Of a DNA stretch of 64,000 bases, positions 40,301 through 52,765 are shown one piece after another (the stretch's first letter is position 1; the number at the start of each line of letters is the position of its first letter). A model generated the notes under the pieces. The model worked only from the letters and a program-made list of their open reading frames with translations, searched no databases and had not been told where the DNA came from. Made by a program: the position numbers and the translations under genes. The DNA comes from Antedon mediterranea. Lineage: Eukaryota; Animalia; Echinodermata. The stretch is taken from assembly GCF_964355755.1 (NCBI RefSeq), contig NC_092673.1, positions 35,089,648 to 35,153,647 on the forward strand, in the 5' to 3' direction.

Positions 40301-40716
40301 AAATGCTGAATCTGATGGGCAATGACCTTTCAGATATCACAGATGAAACATCAGTTGCTAAATTAGAATGGATCAGTACTAATCGGTTTTCTAATCTGAA
40401 CTCGGATTTAGATAATTTTGGAAATGAAAACTTAGACTTTGACAACTTAGAAAATGAAAACTCAGATTTAGACAACTTAGAAAATGAAAACTCTAATTTA
40501 GACAGTTTAAAAAACAAAAATTCAGACTTTGGCAACTTAGGAAATGCAAAATCAGACCCAGAAAACACTGATATCTCTGATGACCAAGACAATTCAGATC
40601 CAGGAATTGCAAACAAATCTAAAGTGGCTCTAATAATGTATTTTTTCAATTATTTTTTACTATTTATTTTGCTTATGTATATTTTCAATTTGTTATTTGG
40701 CCTACAATTTTTTTAG
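31313..40716 (+). CDS. NLR gene giant terminal exon (9.4 kb): NACHT NTPase, HD1/WHD/HD2, ~19 x 119-aa LRR super-repeats, acidic linker and hydrophobic tail
   Basis: ctaac branch motif and ttaacag| phase-1 acceptor; Walker A GKGGMGKTT (31561), Walker B ILLDGLDEL, sensor ITSRP, CSSPLLL, WHD PPHKLVSEALAG; LxxLxLxxNxL repeats; 3129-aa uninterrupted ORF. Confidence 0.95.
33490..40340 (+). repeat. Coding tandem repeat, 357-bp basic unit, with a near-identical 1071-bp (3-unit) duplication
   Basis: Antisense shadow ORFs at 34290/34647/35004/35361/35718/36075 are spaced exactly 357; ~34055-35094 is almost identical to ~35126-36165. Confidence 0.95.
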
Positions 40717-41732
40717 AATTATAAATCATATTGCTTTTTATAATATCATACTGAAAAAGGGAAATTAATATAAAGGTCAGATGTATTGTCCCCCGAAAAA
40801 ATAATTCTTAAACATTTTTTTGTCATTTTGCCATTTTAATGTCACCTAATAGTTATCCACTTTGACCAAAATTGGATCGAAAAAGAAATGTATTTGCCTA
40901 AAAAACTGCAATTTAAACAGAGATGATTAACATAGAACCATTATTGTTTTTCACCAATCACAAATAATTGATATTCTTTGATTTACTTTTTTCAATAGCA
41001 AGACAAGTCTGTAATACATAACCTATACAAGAGTAAATTCAATAATGTTAATATCTATTATACTTTCTAATTTTACTAATTTACCTATATTGAGGATCTA
41101 ATTATACTAAGTTGTACAGCTTAAGTAGACATCCTATTTTTCAAAAATTTAATTAATCATAAATAAGTCATATGTGTTTTGCTTAGTGAAGAAATAACAT
41201 TCTTGAAGGACAGTGTGGGAGTAGTGGTTGTGCCTTGTCTTTGTGGAGGAGAGAAATGGAGTTATTAATGAGTTTTAAAAATCAGCTCTTTGTGGTAGAT
41301 GCTAAATAATTCTAGAATACTATAAAGCCAGACATCAGAATGTGGGTTAGATGAGAATTATGCCCTACAATTAGATTTAGGTTGAGGAGTCATTCTGTAC
41401 ATCTCTATCAGCACAACTACATTTTCAAATATGCATGATTTATGTGATATGTACTATGGATCCTGCTTACCTGGATAACCGACATTAGCTCTTTCCCTAC
41501 GAAGTGGGGGACAATTTGAAAAGAAGTATTCTTTATTGGAACACCCCTACATATCAATGGGACCGTTGGCTACCGCACCCCCTAGTGTGACCATTCCATG
41601 TATCACCATCATTTCTTTCTGTATTGTTGTTGAGTAGAGTACGAAAACAAAAGAATGAACTAATTCAGAGAATTCTACAGCTGACTAGCTGAAATTAAGT
41701 TGTTGTTTATTACAATACGTTGAGAAACGTTG

Positions 41733-42125
41733 CCCTGAAGCAGGGCAGAAATATTATATATATACTAGATACGTTGGAAATCGTTTCCCTTGCTCCTATT
41801 GAAGCAGGGCAGAAATATTATAGATACGTTGAAAATCGTTTCCCTTGCTCCTAGTGAAGCAGGGCAGAAATATTATAGATACGTTGAAAATCGTTGCCCT
41901 TGCTCCTATTGAAGCAGGGCAGAAATATTATAGATACGTTGAAAATCATTGCCCTTGCTCCTTTTGAAGCAAGGCAGAAATATTATAGATACGTTGACAA
42001 TCGTTGCCCTTGCTCCTATTGAAGCAGGGCAGAAATATTATAGATACGTTGGAAATCGTTACCCTTGCTCCTATTGATGCAGGGCAGAAATATTATAGAT
42101 ATGTTGAAAATCGTTGTCCTTGTTC
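41733..42125. repeat. 55-bp minisatellite, ~7 copies (same family as 1143-1815)
   Basis: Same unit and same flanks. Confidence 0.95.
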
Positions 42126-42607
42126 GTCGAACAGAAAAGAAATATCACATTGCATTACCTTGCTGGAGTCTCTCCGAGTAGGCTGCATAGCTGATTGGTA
42201 CGTTGAAAACCGTTGCCCTCGTGGTTCATTCACGGGGCAGAAATACAGAATACAGAGGAATCAGCCCTGCATTTATTATTATTTATGTATTTGTATATAA
42301 CATGTTAAGTACTGTAGACTATACCATTGTTTTTGCAATATCAAATAATTTCTTGTACAGTATTATATCATTATATACAGTAAAATCTTTATTAATGGAC
42401 ACTTGTTGGCTAAATATTAAAGAGAAAGTTGTACAACCCCAGTTAAGTCATACTTAAAGGACACTTCTTCATTCTCTGAAAAAAATCATGAGAACTGTAG
42501 CCAGAGAAAACACTCCTATTGAAAAAAAACCATTTGTTTTGGTCCCAAAAGTGTCCCTTAAATATAATTCTATTGTATCTTAATTATTCTGAATAATGTA
42601 GCAGTTA

Positions 42608-43454
42608 TTTTATATCTTGTATTTGTAGTTAAGTTTAATGTTGAAGTATATATTTATACTGTGCACAGATCACTTGCTTTAAGTGATTTTATATCTTGTA
42701 TTTGTAGTTAAGTTTAATGTTAAAGTATATATTTATACTGTGCACAGATCACTTGCTTTTAAGTCATTTTATATCTTGTATTTGTAGTTAAGTTTAATGT
42801 TAAAGTATATATTTATACTGTGCACAGATCACTTGCTTTTAAGTAATTTTATATCTTGTATTTGTAGTTAAGTTTAATGTTGAAGTATATATTTATACTG
42901 TGCACAGATCACTTGCTTTTAAGTCATTTTATATCTTGTATTTGTAGTTAAGTTTAATGCTGAAGTATATATTTATACTGTGCACAGATCACTTGCTTTT
43001 AAGTCATTTTATATCTTGTATTTGTAGTTAAGTTTAATGCTGAAGTATATATTTATACTGTGCACAGATCACTTGCTTTTAAGTAATTTTATATCTTGTA
43101 TTTGTAGTTAAGTTTAATGTTGAAGTATATATTTATACTGTGCACAGATCACTTGCTTTTAAGTCATTTTATATCTTGTATTTGTAGTTAAGTTTAATGC
43201 TGAAGTATATATTTATACTGTGCACAGATCACTTGCTATTAAGTCATTTTATATCTTGTATTTGTAGTTAAGTTTAATGTTAAAGTATATATTTATACTG
43301 TGCACAGATCACTTGCTTTTAAGTCATTTTATATCTTGTATTTGTAGTTAAGTTTAATGTTAAAGTATATATTTATACTGTGCACAGATCACTTGCTTTA
43401 AGTCATTTTATATCTTGTATTTGTAGTTAAGTTTAATGTTAAAGTATATATTTA
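42608..43454. repeat. 80-bp tandem repeat, ~10.5 copies
   Basis: tatatcttgtatttgtagttaagtttaatg...tgtgcacagatcacttgcttttaagtcattt; period 79-80; single copy in the paralogous region ~2865-2950. Confidence 0.95.
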
Positions 43455-46400
43455 CAGTGGGACAGCCAGTCGACAAATCGTGTCAAATTTCGACTCGGAG
43501 AGGGCGCCCTACTTTTCTAATTTAGTTCAAAATGGCTAAATTTTAGGGTGTTGGAAAAACACAATATTTGTAAATTTAGTTGATTATCGGAAAAATGTTG
43601 TTAGTGAAATAAATTCATAAATGGTTTTAATATATTGTCATGTAAAATTAAATGTATTTGAACAAAACGATAATCTGTAATTTAACGGCAAAATCAACCA
43701 ATGTCTTTTTTCCGAAATTGTACCCTAGAAAATCATTAAAATAAAATATTTAGAAAAATTGAACAGTCCTGAATTTAAAATCCCTGTTAGAAAAATTAAT
43801 AATCTACAGAATACGATATTAAGATACAAAATTCGGTGGTTGGGATGCAGCTCCGACTATTCAAACTAAAGGTACCACTATTTGTTCCATCGAAAACTAG
43901 CGAAACCGCCATTTTGTAAACACATCGTCATCGTGTTTATGAATTTATTTATAGCGAACGATATACGCGATGTTTATAATTGTCCGCGTATAAGAATTCA
44001 TATAAATAAATACATTCCAATACAACGTATATTATTACTTGTTTATTTATCACAGTAAACATTTTAGTTGAGGAATATTTATCATAACTATTATAATAGC
44101 TTTTATACGAGTCCGAGGCCTAGCCCTATTAGCGAGCGATTGTTCCAGAGGCGCAAAGTCACTTAGTGACGTTGTGATCGGGCGCGTCGGGCCTAGCTAA
44201 TATTAATAATATGACCTGAAATAAGCGGCTAACAAGAACTGTTATATACTTGCTTACAATTGTTTTGTTATTGATGAACAAACAAGCAATTAGATTGAAA
44301 AACAAATTATTTATTCATTTTTTTGGGGTAAAAACATGTACAAACTAGGCCTAGGGGGGGGGGGGGCCTAGTACTGTATCTATATATAAATTTACGTAAG
44401 GGCAAAATTCGGTAAATCGCGCCTTACTTCTAGAATTTTCACTCGATGGTATGTAAAGTTGGTTCGTACTTTCGGTACTGATTTTAACCGCCTGATGTAA
44501 CCCTGTTTACTAATTAAATTGAGTTAAATAATTAGTTATTGACGATTAAAACGAATTTAGGTTCAACGATTTGCCCCAAATAGGGGTGTTTTCCGATCGT
44601 GGTATACACTGTCTAATGGATGTCCATCTTGAAAAATACCCGCCAAAAAAATGCGAGGAGGCTTCGCATTTTTCTATCTCCTCCTACGATAATTGTTTTT
44701 AATAGCTGAAAACCGGTTGAACAGCTAGAGTACACCATCATAATGTTGAAGACAGGCCGATTTTCTTTAAAAAATACTATTTTGATAGATTTAATATACG
44801 ATTATACAAATGTATTGATTTGCGATGAATGGAACATCCCAATCTCTCAGTCTGCCAGAGTTTGGTTTAACACAAGTACTGTAGGTAAATTTATGAGCCC
44901 TTTGAGAATAAACTTGCAATACTTTGACAATACTGTAAATACCTATTAACTATTTTTCCTTTGAATCGAACATTTCTTACTGTGAATGTTCGTACTGTTA
45001 GATGTAATATAAAAATATATACAAATAAACTTTATTACTGAGACTGTGGATAGGCTCTACTGTTAGATATACAAATAAACTTTATACTGACAGTTCCTTC
45101 TCAACGTTTGTATTAATTAATAATTACCAAAAATATAAACGTCGTAGTGGTGTATCGTGACATGTACTTTAATATTTCAATCGATTATGACAGTGACAGT
45201 TTTAACAAAGTATTAAATCGCAAATGTTTTAGGCCTACTGTATTTAGAGGTATATTATTTATAGGCCTATAAAACATGAACAAAATATTTCGTTACTCAG
45301 TGGATAAAGAATATATTTAAAAATTGTTCCTCTTTGTACCTATCCGCTTTCCCATCCCTCAACCCTAATGTTACATAGCGAGGAGGCTTCGCATTTTCCT
45401 ATCTCCTCCTACGCTAATTGTTTTTAATAGCTGAAAACCGGTTGAACAGCTAGAGTACACCATCATAATGTTGAAGACAGGCCGATTTTCTTTAAAAAAA
45501 TACTATTTTGATAGATTGCTAGAGTACACCATCATAATGTTGAAGACAGGCCGACTTTCTTTAAAAAATACTATTTTGATAGATTTAATATACGATTATA
45601 CAAATGTATTGATTTGCGATGAATGGAACATCCCAATCTCTCAGTCTGCCAGAGTTTGGTTTAACACAAGTACTGTAGGTAAATTTATGAGCCCTTGGTT
45701 TAACACATACGGTAGGTAAATATATGGGCCCTTTGAGAATAAACTTGCAATAGGTTCGGAAAATGTTAAAAACCAATTTCTATTATTTGAATCGGTAAAC
45801 AGTTTCCATTTATTATACATTGATGATGAAACATGAAATATTCCTATTTATGTCCCTCGAGGTTCATTACAATTTATATTTAGTAGTCCCACGGACTTCA
45901 TCTTAGCCACTCCCCCGAGTGCTAAGGCCAAATTTATGATACCCTACTTTCTATGTAAGTTTAGTTACAGTTAGTTCTTGACGATAATACAACGAATTTA
46001 GGTTACACCCTTCGGCCGCGAAAACGTTTCTGTACAAATATGATACCGATTGGCTTTATTTCATTCAACAGCGACCATAATCTCGCCAATTACAGGATAG
46101 ATAAACTATTTTATTATTGATGTGCTTATAAATTAAGACTCATGTAAACAGCTTGATTCCATCATTTTACAGACAAACGAAACTTTTTTAAACCTACTGT
46201 TTCAATAACTGAGTATAATACTGTATACGTTTTCATAAGTAAGTGCATATACATTTTCGTGTTTTCATTGACGAGATTGTAATAGTAACTTCAGTAACTA
46301 TTACAGTACTTATTTATTATACGACACAAGACAATTGTATCTGACAGGTACGTACATTATTCTAAAAAATAAGTCTAGATAGATCCCTTAGGCGTCATAA

Positions 46401-48163
46401 ATCACAGGCCAACAAATCAGTACTCATGACAGAAATTCGACCCAGTTTGGTTCACACAAATGTTTACAGGAATTTCAACACCACAACCGATGATTTGCCC
46501 TAAATATTTAGGTAGACTACAGTTTAATTTTTCACTGAATAGGAGCTTGCATTTCCGATTTCCATTTCGCAGAATGTCTAGGTCTATTTATTTAGTTTGG
46601 TTCTTATAATATACAAATACAATCAACTTTATTACTGCGGTTCCATCACCACCACCACGTGTCGCCCAATTCCCGTACATACATTTCCATTTCTCCCTAA
46701 TTTCTTTAATCCACATAAATTAATTGTCCTTTATGGAATCCAGTATTGGTTTTGTTGTCTCTATTTCTGAATACCCCAATTAGGGGGACACTTCCGTTTT
46801 TGTTTAGTGTCCCAAAAAAGTCCCCGTCCGTGGATTCTACTGTATTCGAGAACCATCTGTGAGCACCCCTAGATGGTACGCGAGCGAAGCGAGCGTGCCA
46901 TCTAGTAATATAAATTAATAGTAATATTAAACTAATACAGTATTAATAAAATATAAAATAGGCCTAACATACAATAAATATTCAATTTTTAAGGTCTACC
47001 ACATGACAATAACATAATTTACAGAGTATAGTGTAGTAGGTTTGCATTCAACATAAATATTTGTATTGTAATTCATCTAAATCCTCTGCAACATACATAT
47101 ATATTTCAAATTTGTAATTCAACATTTTGTTTTAAATAATTAAATTATAGTTTGGGTATGACAATGTCGGTAGGTACCGGTGTCATCTTTTTATCCACTT
47201 CACTCTCAGTTTGAAGTCACAAAGACAAAGAACTCTGCATCATCAACGATTCCTGAAAGTGTCGGAAAAAATAATAAATATTATTTAAAAAAAATGTTAA
47301 TGTCTAGTTGTATATATAATTATAATATTATATGATGACATAAAAGTAAGGCAAATGGAAGCTGTATTTTTTTAATTAAATTACAGTATTTACTTTTATT
47401 ATTTATATAATCTAGGCCTACTAGTAGCCTAGCTAGGCATCTATTGAGCCTAATAAATCAAATAATAAATGAAAAATAAAATAATAATATTAATACTGAT
47501 TGAAAAAAAGTATTTTTGGGGGGGGGGGGGGGGGGATCAGATCACCAGGCTAGGCCGGCCAGGACCAATGATACTCGTAATCAGTACAGCATCAACACAG
47601 TACCAACACACGTCTCGCTATCGCCTATACTGACACACGTGTCTCGCGTTGCCGAAACCACGCTCACAGCTAGAAAATGTACCTACCTTTCGAGGCCTGA
47701 GAATACACCAACACATTTTGAACAGGATAGAAATATATCATACTCGATTAAACTAATATTATTCTTGATAAAACAATTGATTACAATTTTTTTAATTTGT
47801 TGGGATGCACCTCCGACTATTCAGAACATGGACAACAAAACAGTAGTCAAATCGTACCACATTTATAAATTTCACGAGTCCCGACTTCAGTCGCCGAATG
47901 TATTGTATTAGCTTCGGTTTCTTTGAAGAAAACCGATTGGTTATTCAATTATACTTATTAGGAAATGCTTTTACCATAATAGGTAATGTTGGGCGGTTCT
48001 TAAATATTCATGAGAGCTTAAAATAAAACAGCACTTTTTTGCTAGGCGACGAAAAATCGTGGTTTCAGTTTTCAACGATAGGTGGCGCTTCAAAATCGTC
48101 AATGCGGAAGTAAGTCGATTTTACACGATTTAACGGTCAAAACGCGAAGTGGCTTTCCCACTG
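43455..48163. mobile_element. 4.7 kb non-autonomous TIR DNA transposon with 4-bp TTTA TSD, superfamily unassigned
   Basis: ttta-CAGTGGGACAGCCA...aaatcgtgtcaaatttcgact and agtcgattttacacgattt...TGGCTTTCCCACTG-ttta; splits the last 80-bp unit; empty site at ~2918. Confidence 0.85.
44379..46905 (+). mobile_element. Non-autonomous Helitron-like element nested in the TIR element
   Basis: A|TC 5' end; 3' hairpin ctagatggtacgc-gagcgaagcga-gcgtgccatCTAG|T; no TSD; internal duplication 44653-44930 vs 45378-45750. Confidence 0.7.
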
Positions 48164-48478
48164 TTTATACTGTGCACAGATCACTTGCTTGCTTGAAGTC
48201 ATTTTTTCTGAATCTATAAATTACAATTAAATTCTTGCAGTAAATCAATCAAATTTTGTATTTCTATCAGATTTGTTGAAGAGATGAATAAAATGGATTA
48301 AAAATGTATATGAGAGTATATTGTTTTCTTTGTTGTAGTTTTAATTTTATTTATTGACGTTTTAGATATAAATGACGACAACAGTATACATAGTGATCTA
48401 CTTCCTGATGATTTTACGTAAAAGTCACTTTTGTTTTCCGAACCATAGCATAAATTTATTTATTAATATTGACACATA

Positions 48479-50619
48479 CCGTATCCATACTTTTAAAAAC
48501 TAAAGGTACGGTAATTATAGAGGGCGCTATGTAATGTGGATGTTAACCAAATAGGTTATTGCATTGGTTTTCTGCAAGCCAGCTGTGTAGCCTAGTGGGC
48601 ATGTGATGAGGCTTTGGCTTAAGGGGTTGGGGGTTCGATACTCTTCTTGACGTCTTTTTTTTATTTTTTTTTTTAGTTTTTAATTTAAGAGAGATTATTT
48701 AGAGGGTTAGGTTTTTCGCGCCGCGGCTCTAGCCAGCTATGTCCCAGGAGGACACATTCATTAATAAGCTGTTTCATAGCGGTAGCTTTAGTATCTAAGG
48801 CTGACAGTTTTGTGAATTTGGAAACTCGACTATAATTTATAGGTAGCTGCTGGACCCAAAAAACGTCTGGGAGAAGAGAGTCTATATGAAAGCCTTTGCT
48901 GATAATACAGTATTATTGAGATGTAGACGGAAATCTGCAAAATTGGGCTTATCAACAACAAAATATTTTATTATTAGACGCGATAACATCAAGGATAATC
49001 AGTATAATTATTAATATAGCCACTGTTACTAGTTTTATTCTACATGCTAAAGTAAATAAAAATCCACTAGAAAACAAACCAGTCTGAATGCTATGCTTAT
49101 TAGCCATGTTATGTTTGTTACTGTAGGCCTATGATTGTTTGCAATGTCCACATATTATTTTCGTGGGCATATCCATAGTGTATCACTCACAAAAAAGACG
49201 TGTGTGGTTCTTTCTTTAGATTTTGAAGAATGATTTGTGTTACAGGTTGACATGAGTCAAATGCTCAAGATATCGGCTAACGCCATGGGACCCTTGGCTT
49301 ATCAATGAATAATACAGTACTACTCAATTGAAATCAGAATCTGACCGTTTCATTAAATTGGGTGTGATTTGGCCTAAACATATAATAATTTATTAAAAAG
49401 GTACAATAAAAACAAATGCATCAGAGGCGTAAAGAACCCACGGTCAATATCATGTAAAATGTATATGGTATAAGCACTGTGGAAGGGGTCATTATTATTA
49501 AACTGGAAATTCGGCTTATCAACAAATAAATACTTTCGTTTAAAATGTAAAATAAGACTGCAAAATTGGGCTTATCAACAAATAAATATTTTCGTTCAAA
49601 ATGTAAAATAAGACTGCACAATTGGGCTTATCAACAAATAAAATACTTTTTTTTCAAAATGTAAAATTAAGACTGGAAAATTGGGCTTATAAACAAATAA
49701 ATACTTTTTTTTCAAAATGTAAGAAAACATTTTTTAAATATAATCCTTAAGCTCTGTCTATACTATCAAACTAAATATGATGTGCCCATATTATATAGAC
49801 ATGACGATGTCATATCACTACGATATTCGGGCATATCACTACCACATTTGGGCACATCACACTTTTTTTGTTAAACTAGTTGGGACAGTGTAGACACAGA
49901 ACTATGTGATCGAAACATAAGTCGGAATTGGACTGACGCGATTGATTTAATTGGGTATTTTTAGTAATGTAATGATTCATTAAAGACTATAATACAGATA
50001 CGCGTTTGGTATTGATCAATGGTGCAAAAAACCCTGAGAAATAATGTTATAACGCGATTTGGTGATAGCTTAGAAATAATACAACCCATATACTATTATT
50101 ATAAATACCTATATTACAAATCCATTCATATAACTTTTCATCGCGAACCGAAAATGTATAAATGTTATTCTACAGACAGTAATTATATATTCAAAAGCCA
50201 TATTATTATTATTATCAATACCTAAATGCGATAGTAATAACCACATAAACATACATTATTCCCAATACAAGTTTGTGCGTTTAATTCTAGAAAGAAACGA
50301 CTGTGCTGACAGGCCAATGACATAAATCGCAAGTAAAGTCCCAATTGTTCACTTGCGTTTTGATTGGCCGACCTATTATATTAGATTAATGAAGGCTGTT
50401 CTTACAACTGTCCAGTCAAAAAGTTACGCGGCGTTTTTTGTAAGAAATATTTCTTGTAATATTTAGGAAGGAGTTTAATATTTAGGAACGAGTTTTATAT
50501 TTAGGAACGAGTTTTATATTTAGGTACGAGTTTTAGGAATGCAATTTTACCGTACTTTTAGCAAACGGAAGCGCCCTCTATAATTACCGTATCTTTAGTT
50601 TTTAAAAGCATGGATACGG
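48479..50619. mobile_element. Non-autonomous Tc1/mariner (pogo/Tc2-like) element, 2141 bp
   Basis: About 50-bp TIRs ccgtatccat.cttttaaaaactaaag.tacggtaattatagagggcgct, flanked by TA. Confidence 0.85.
49750..49903. mobile_element. MITE, same family as 11003-11140
   Basis: agctctgtctatactatcaaac ... gacagtgtagacacaga. Confidence 0.7.
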
Positions 50620-52765
50620 TACCGTATCTTTAGCAACGGCGATAAATAATACTGATTTAGTTTGTTTGCTTATTAAATAAAATATGTTCTAGAAGTAGAA
50701 ATCTGATCTTGCATACATATGCCAACATCAGAAGTCTCCCATGTATGTTTTTGTTATTATTAAAACAAATTATAGTATAAATAATGCATACACTGTTACT
50801 GGAGTGTTTCTTCATATAATGATGCAGTATTTGGAGTAATAATGTATTTAATGTACTGTAGGCTACTTTAATATTATTGTTAATAAAACGATTACATTTT
50901 TGCAATGAAAAGTTTACAATAGGAGGTATATACTGCCCTCATATCAAAGTAAGCATGAACTTTTGTGGCACTTATTACAAAAATAACATCCAAAGGTTGT
51001 TTATGATATTCAAATAAATAGTCAATTTTGTTGAGGGCAGCAGCTATGTAAACTGTAGACCAATTCATAAACTGTCTTTTTGTAACTTTTGATGGCAGAA
51101 TTCATTATTTGATTTTTATCGTTCTAGGTAAAGTATGATATTAAAATCTACAGAAAAATTATGCAGAAAGTTAACGTTGTATTGTAGTTAATTTTTGTAA
51201 AACCCAGAATGTACTGGTACTGGTAATGGTTCAAATAACTGTCTCACAGAGACATCTGGTAGCCATTGACTTAAAGTTGGCATTTGGATGTGTTACTTTT
51301 AAATGTAGGCCTACAGTATGAGAGTGACTACTACCAAATTACACAGTCACAAAACTTAAACACAAAAGGTTAATGTTGTATTGTAGTTAATTTGTGTAAA
51401 AGCCAGAATGACTATTTATAAAATATGAAAGTAGGTATAAATTAAATGTGTGCATTCAGCTGTGAAAAAGGAATTAAAAGAAGTAAAGAAATATAAAATA
51501 AAAGAAATTGTGCATTGACGTCAATGCTATTCAAACAAATAAATCCCTATTGTGAGAAATCACTGATACAGGTTGAATGTTAACAATCAACAAGTTGGTT
51601 TAAATATTTTATCTTTTGATTGGTAATATTCTACACTGTAGGAGATGTTAATACTAAATACTGTACACAATTTACAATATCTACTTTTTTATTATGGAAA
51701 CGTCTTTCCTTAATCGTCTTGATTACTGAAGTCGTGCATGGGACCCTGATTGTAATATTTATACAATTCATATAATGCGTTCAGCAAACTTTTTATTTTG
51801 TGGCCTAAAATCTAGGACCAAGACGCACCCCAACCACCCAGCTGGACCACTGTAATGAAACTAATACTAAAAGAGCTAAAAAACTAACTAAAACCAGTGC
51901 AATAACGTTACTATTTTACTATAACTAATAATTTTTTTTCTTCGACAAATTCTTTGAATTATTTGATTAATATATTTTCCCATCTTCTTTTTCTACTCAT
52001 AGTCATTGCACCTATATTTATTTCATTAAAAGACCTACTGTAAGAAGTAGAGTTTTATCAAGTAAAGAATATTCTATACTCAATGGTTATTGGTCAATAT
52101 GCTTACTCCCTTTACGGTCCAAGCTCATGTGTGGCAGGATGGATTTAAATTGAAATAAACTTTATTTGTTCAGGAATGAAAAATAAATGTCTTAGGTACT
52201 GTAGATCAAAGTTGGGACCCACACATCTCCTCCCCCAAGTCAATGCAAAAGGCTTTTGAACACTATACTACATTTTGGCACTGGGCACCCAAGAACAGAC
52301 AAGGAATGACCTGGTTTAATGTTTTTAAAGTAATACAGGTATGCATTATTTTTACAAAACATCAAACATTGTAGGGATAGTGTCTATAATAAGTGATTTG
52401 AAAAATTAACAAAAAAATTCCTTTTTTTACAATAAAAATGGTACAATTAAATATTTATCAACCATTAGTATTATGTAGGCTAATCTTGCAATGCTTTCAT
52501 TCCTGATACATTAAAATATAGAAATTATTCAGTTGAAATGAATGATAGTGATCAAGTTGTTTTAATCTGTTATGTTGCACAGAAAGGATATCTTGTATAT
52601 TCCTAGCACTTTTTAATAATTGATCAATGAACAAAAAGAAAAGTACCATAAATGTACTAATTTTTTTATTTGAAATGATTAAAAAATTAATCTTATTTAC
52701 TAGTCCTACTTATTTAATCTTATAATTATAATGTAACTCTAAAAAACAATGTAAAACAGGGTGGA

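Noticed and set aside
33576-40649. Series of similar minus-strand ORFs
   Set aside because: Antisense shadows of the LRR repeats, spaced at the 357-bp period
43455-43480. RAG/Transib recombination-signal-like end (ACAGTG) near an immune gene
   Set aside because: The terminus is not CACAGTG, there is no nonamer at 12/23 spacing, no 5-bp TSD and no RAG-like ORF
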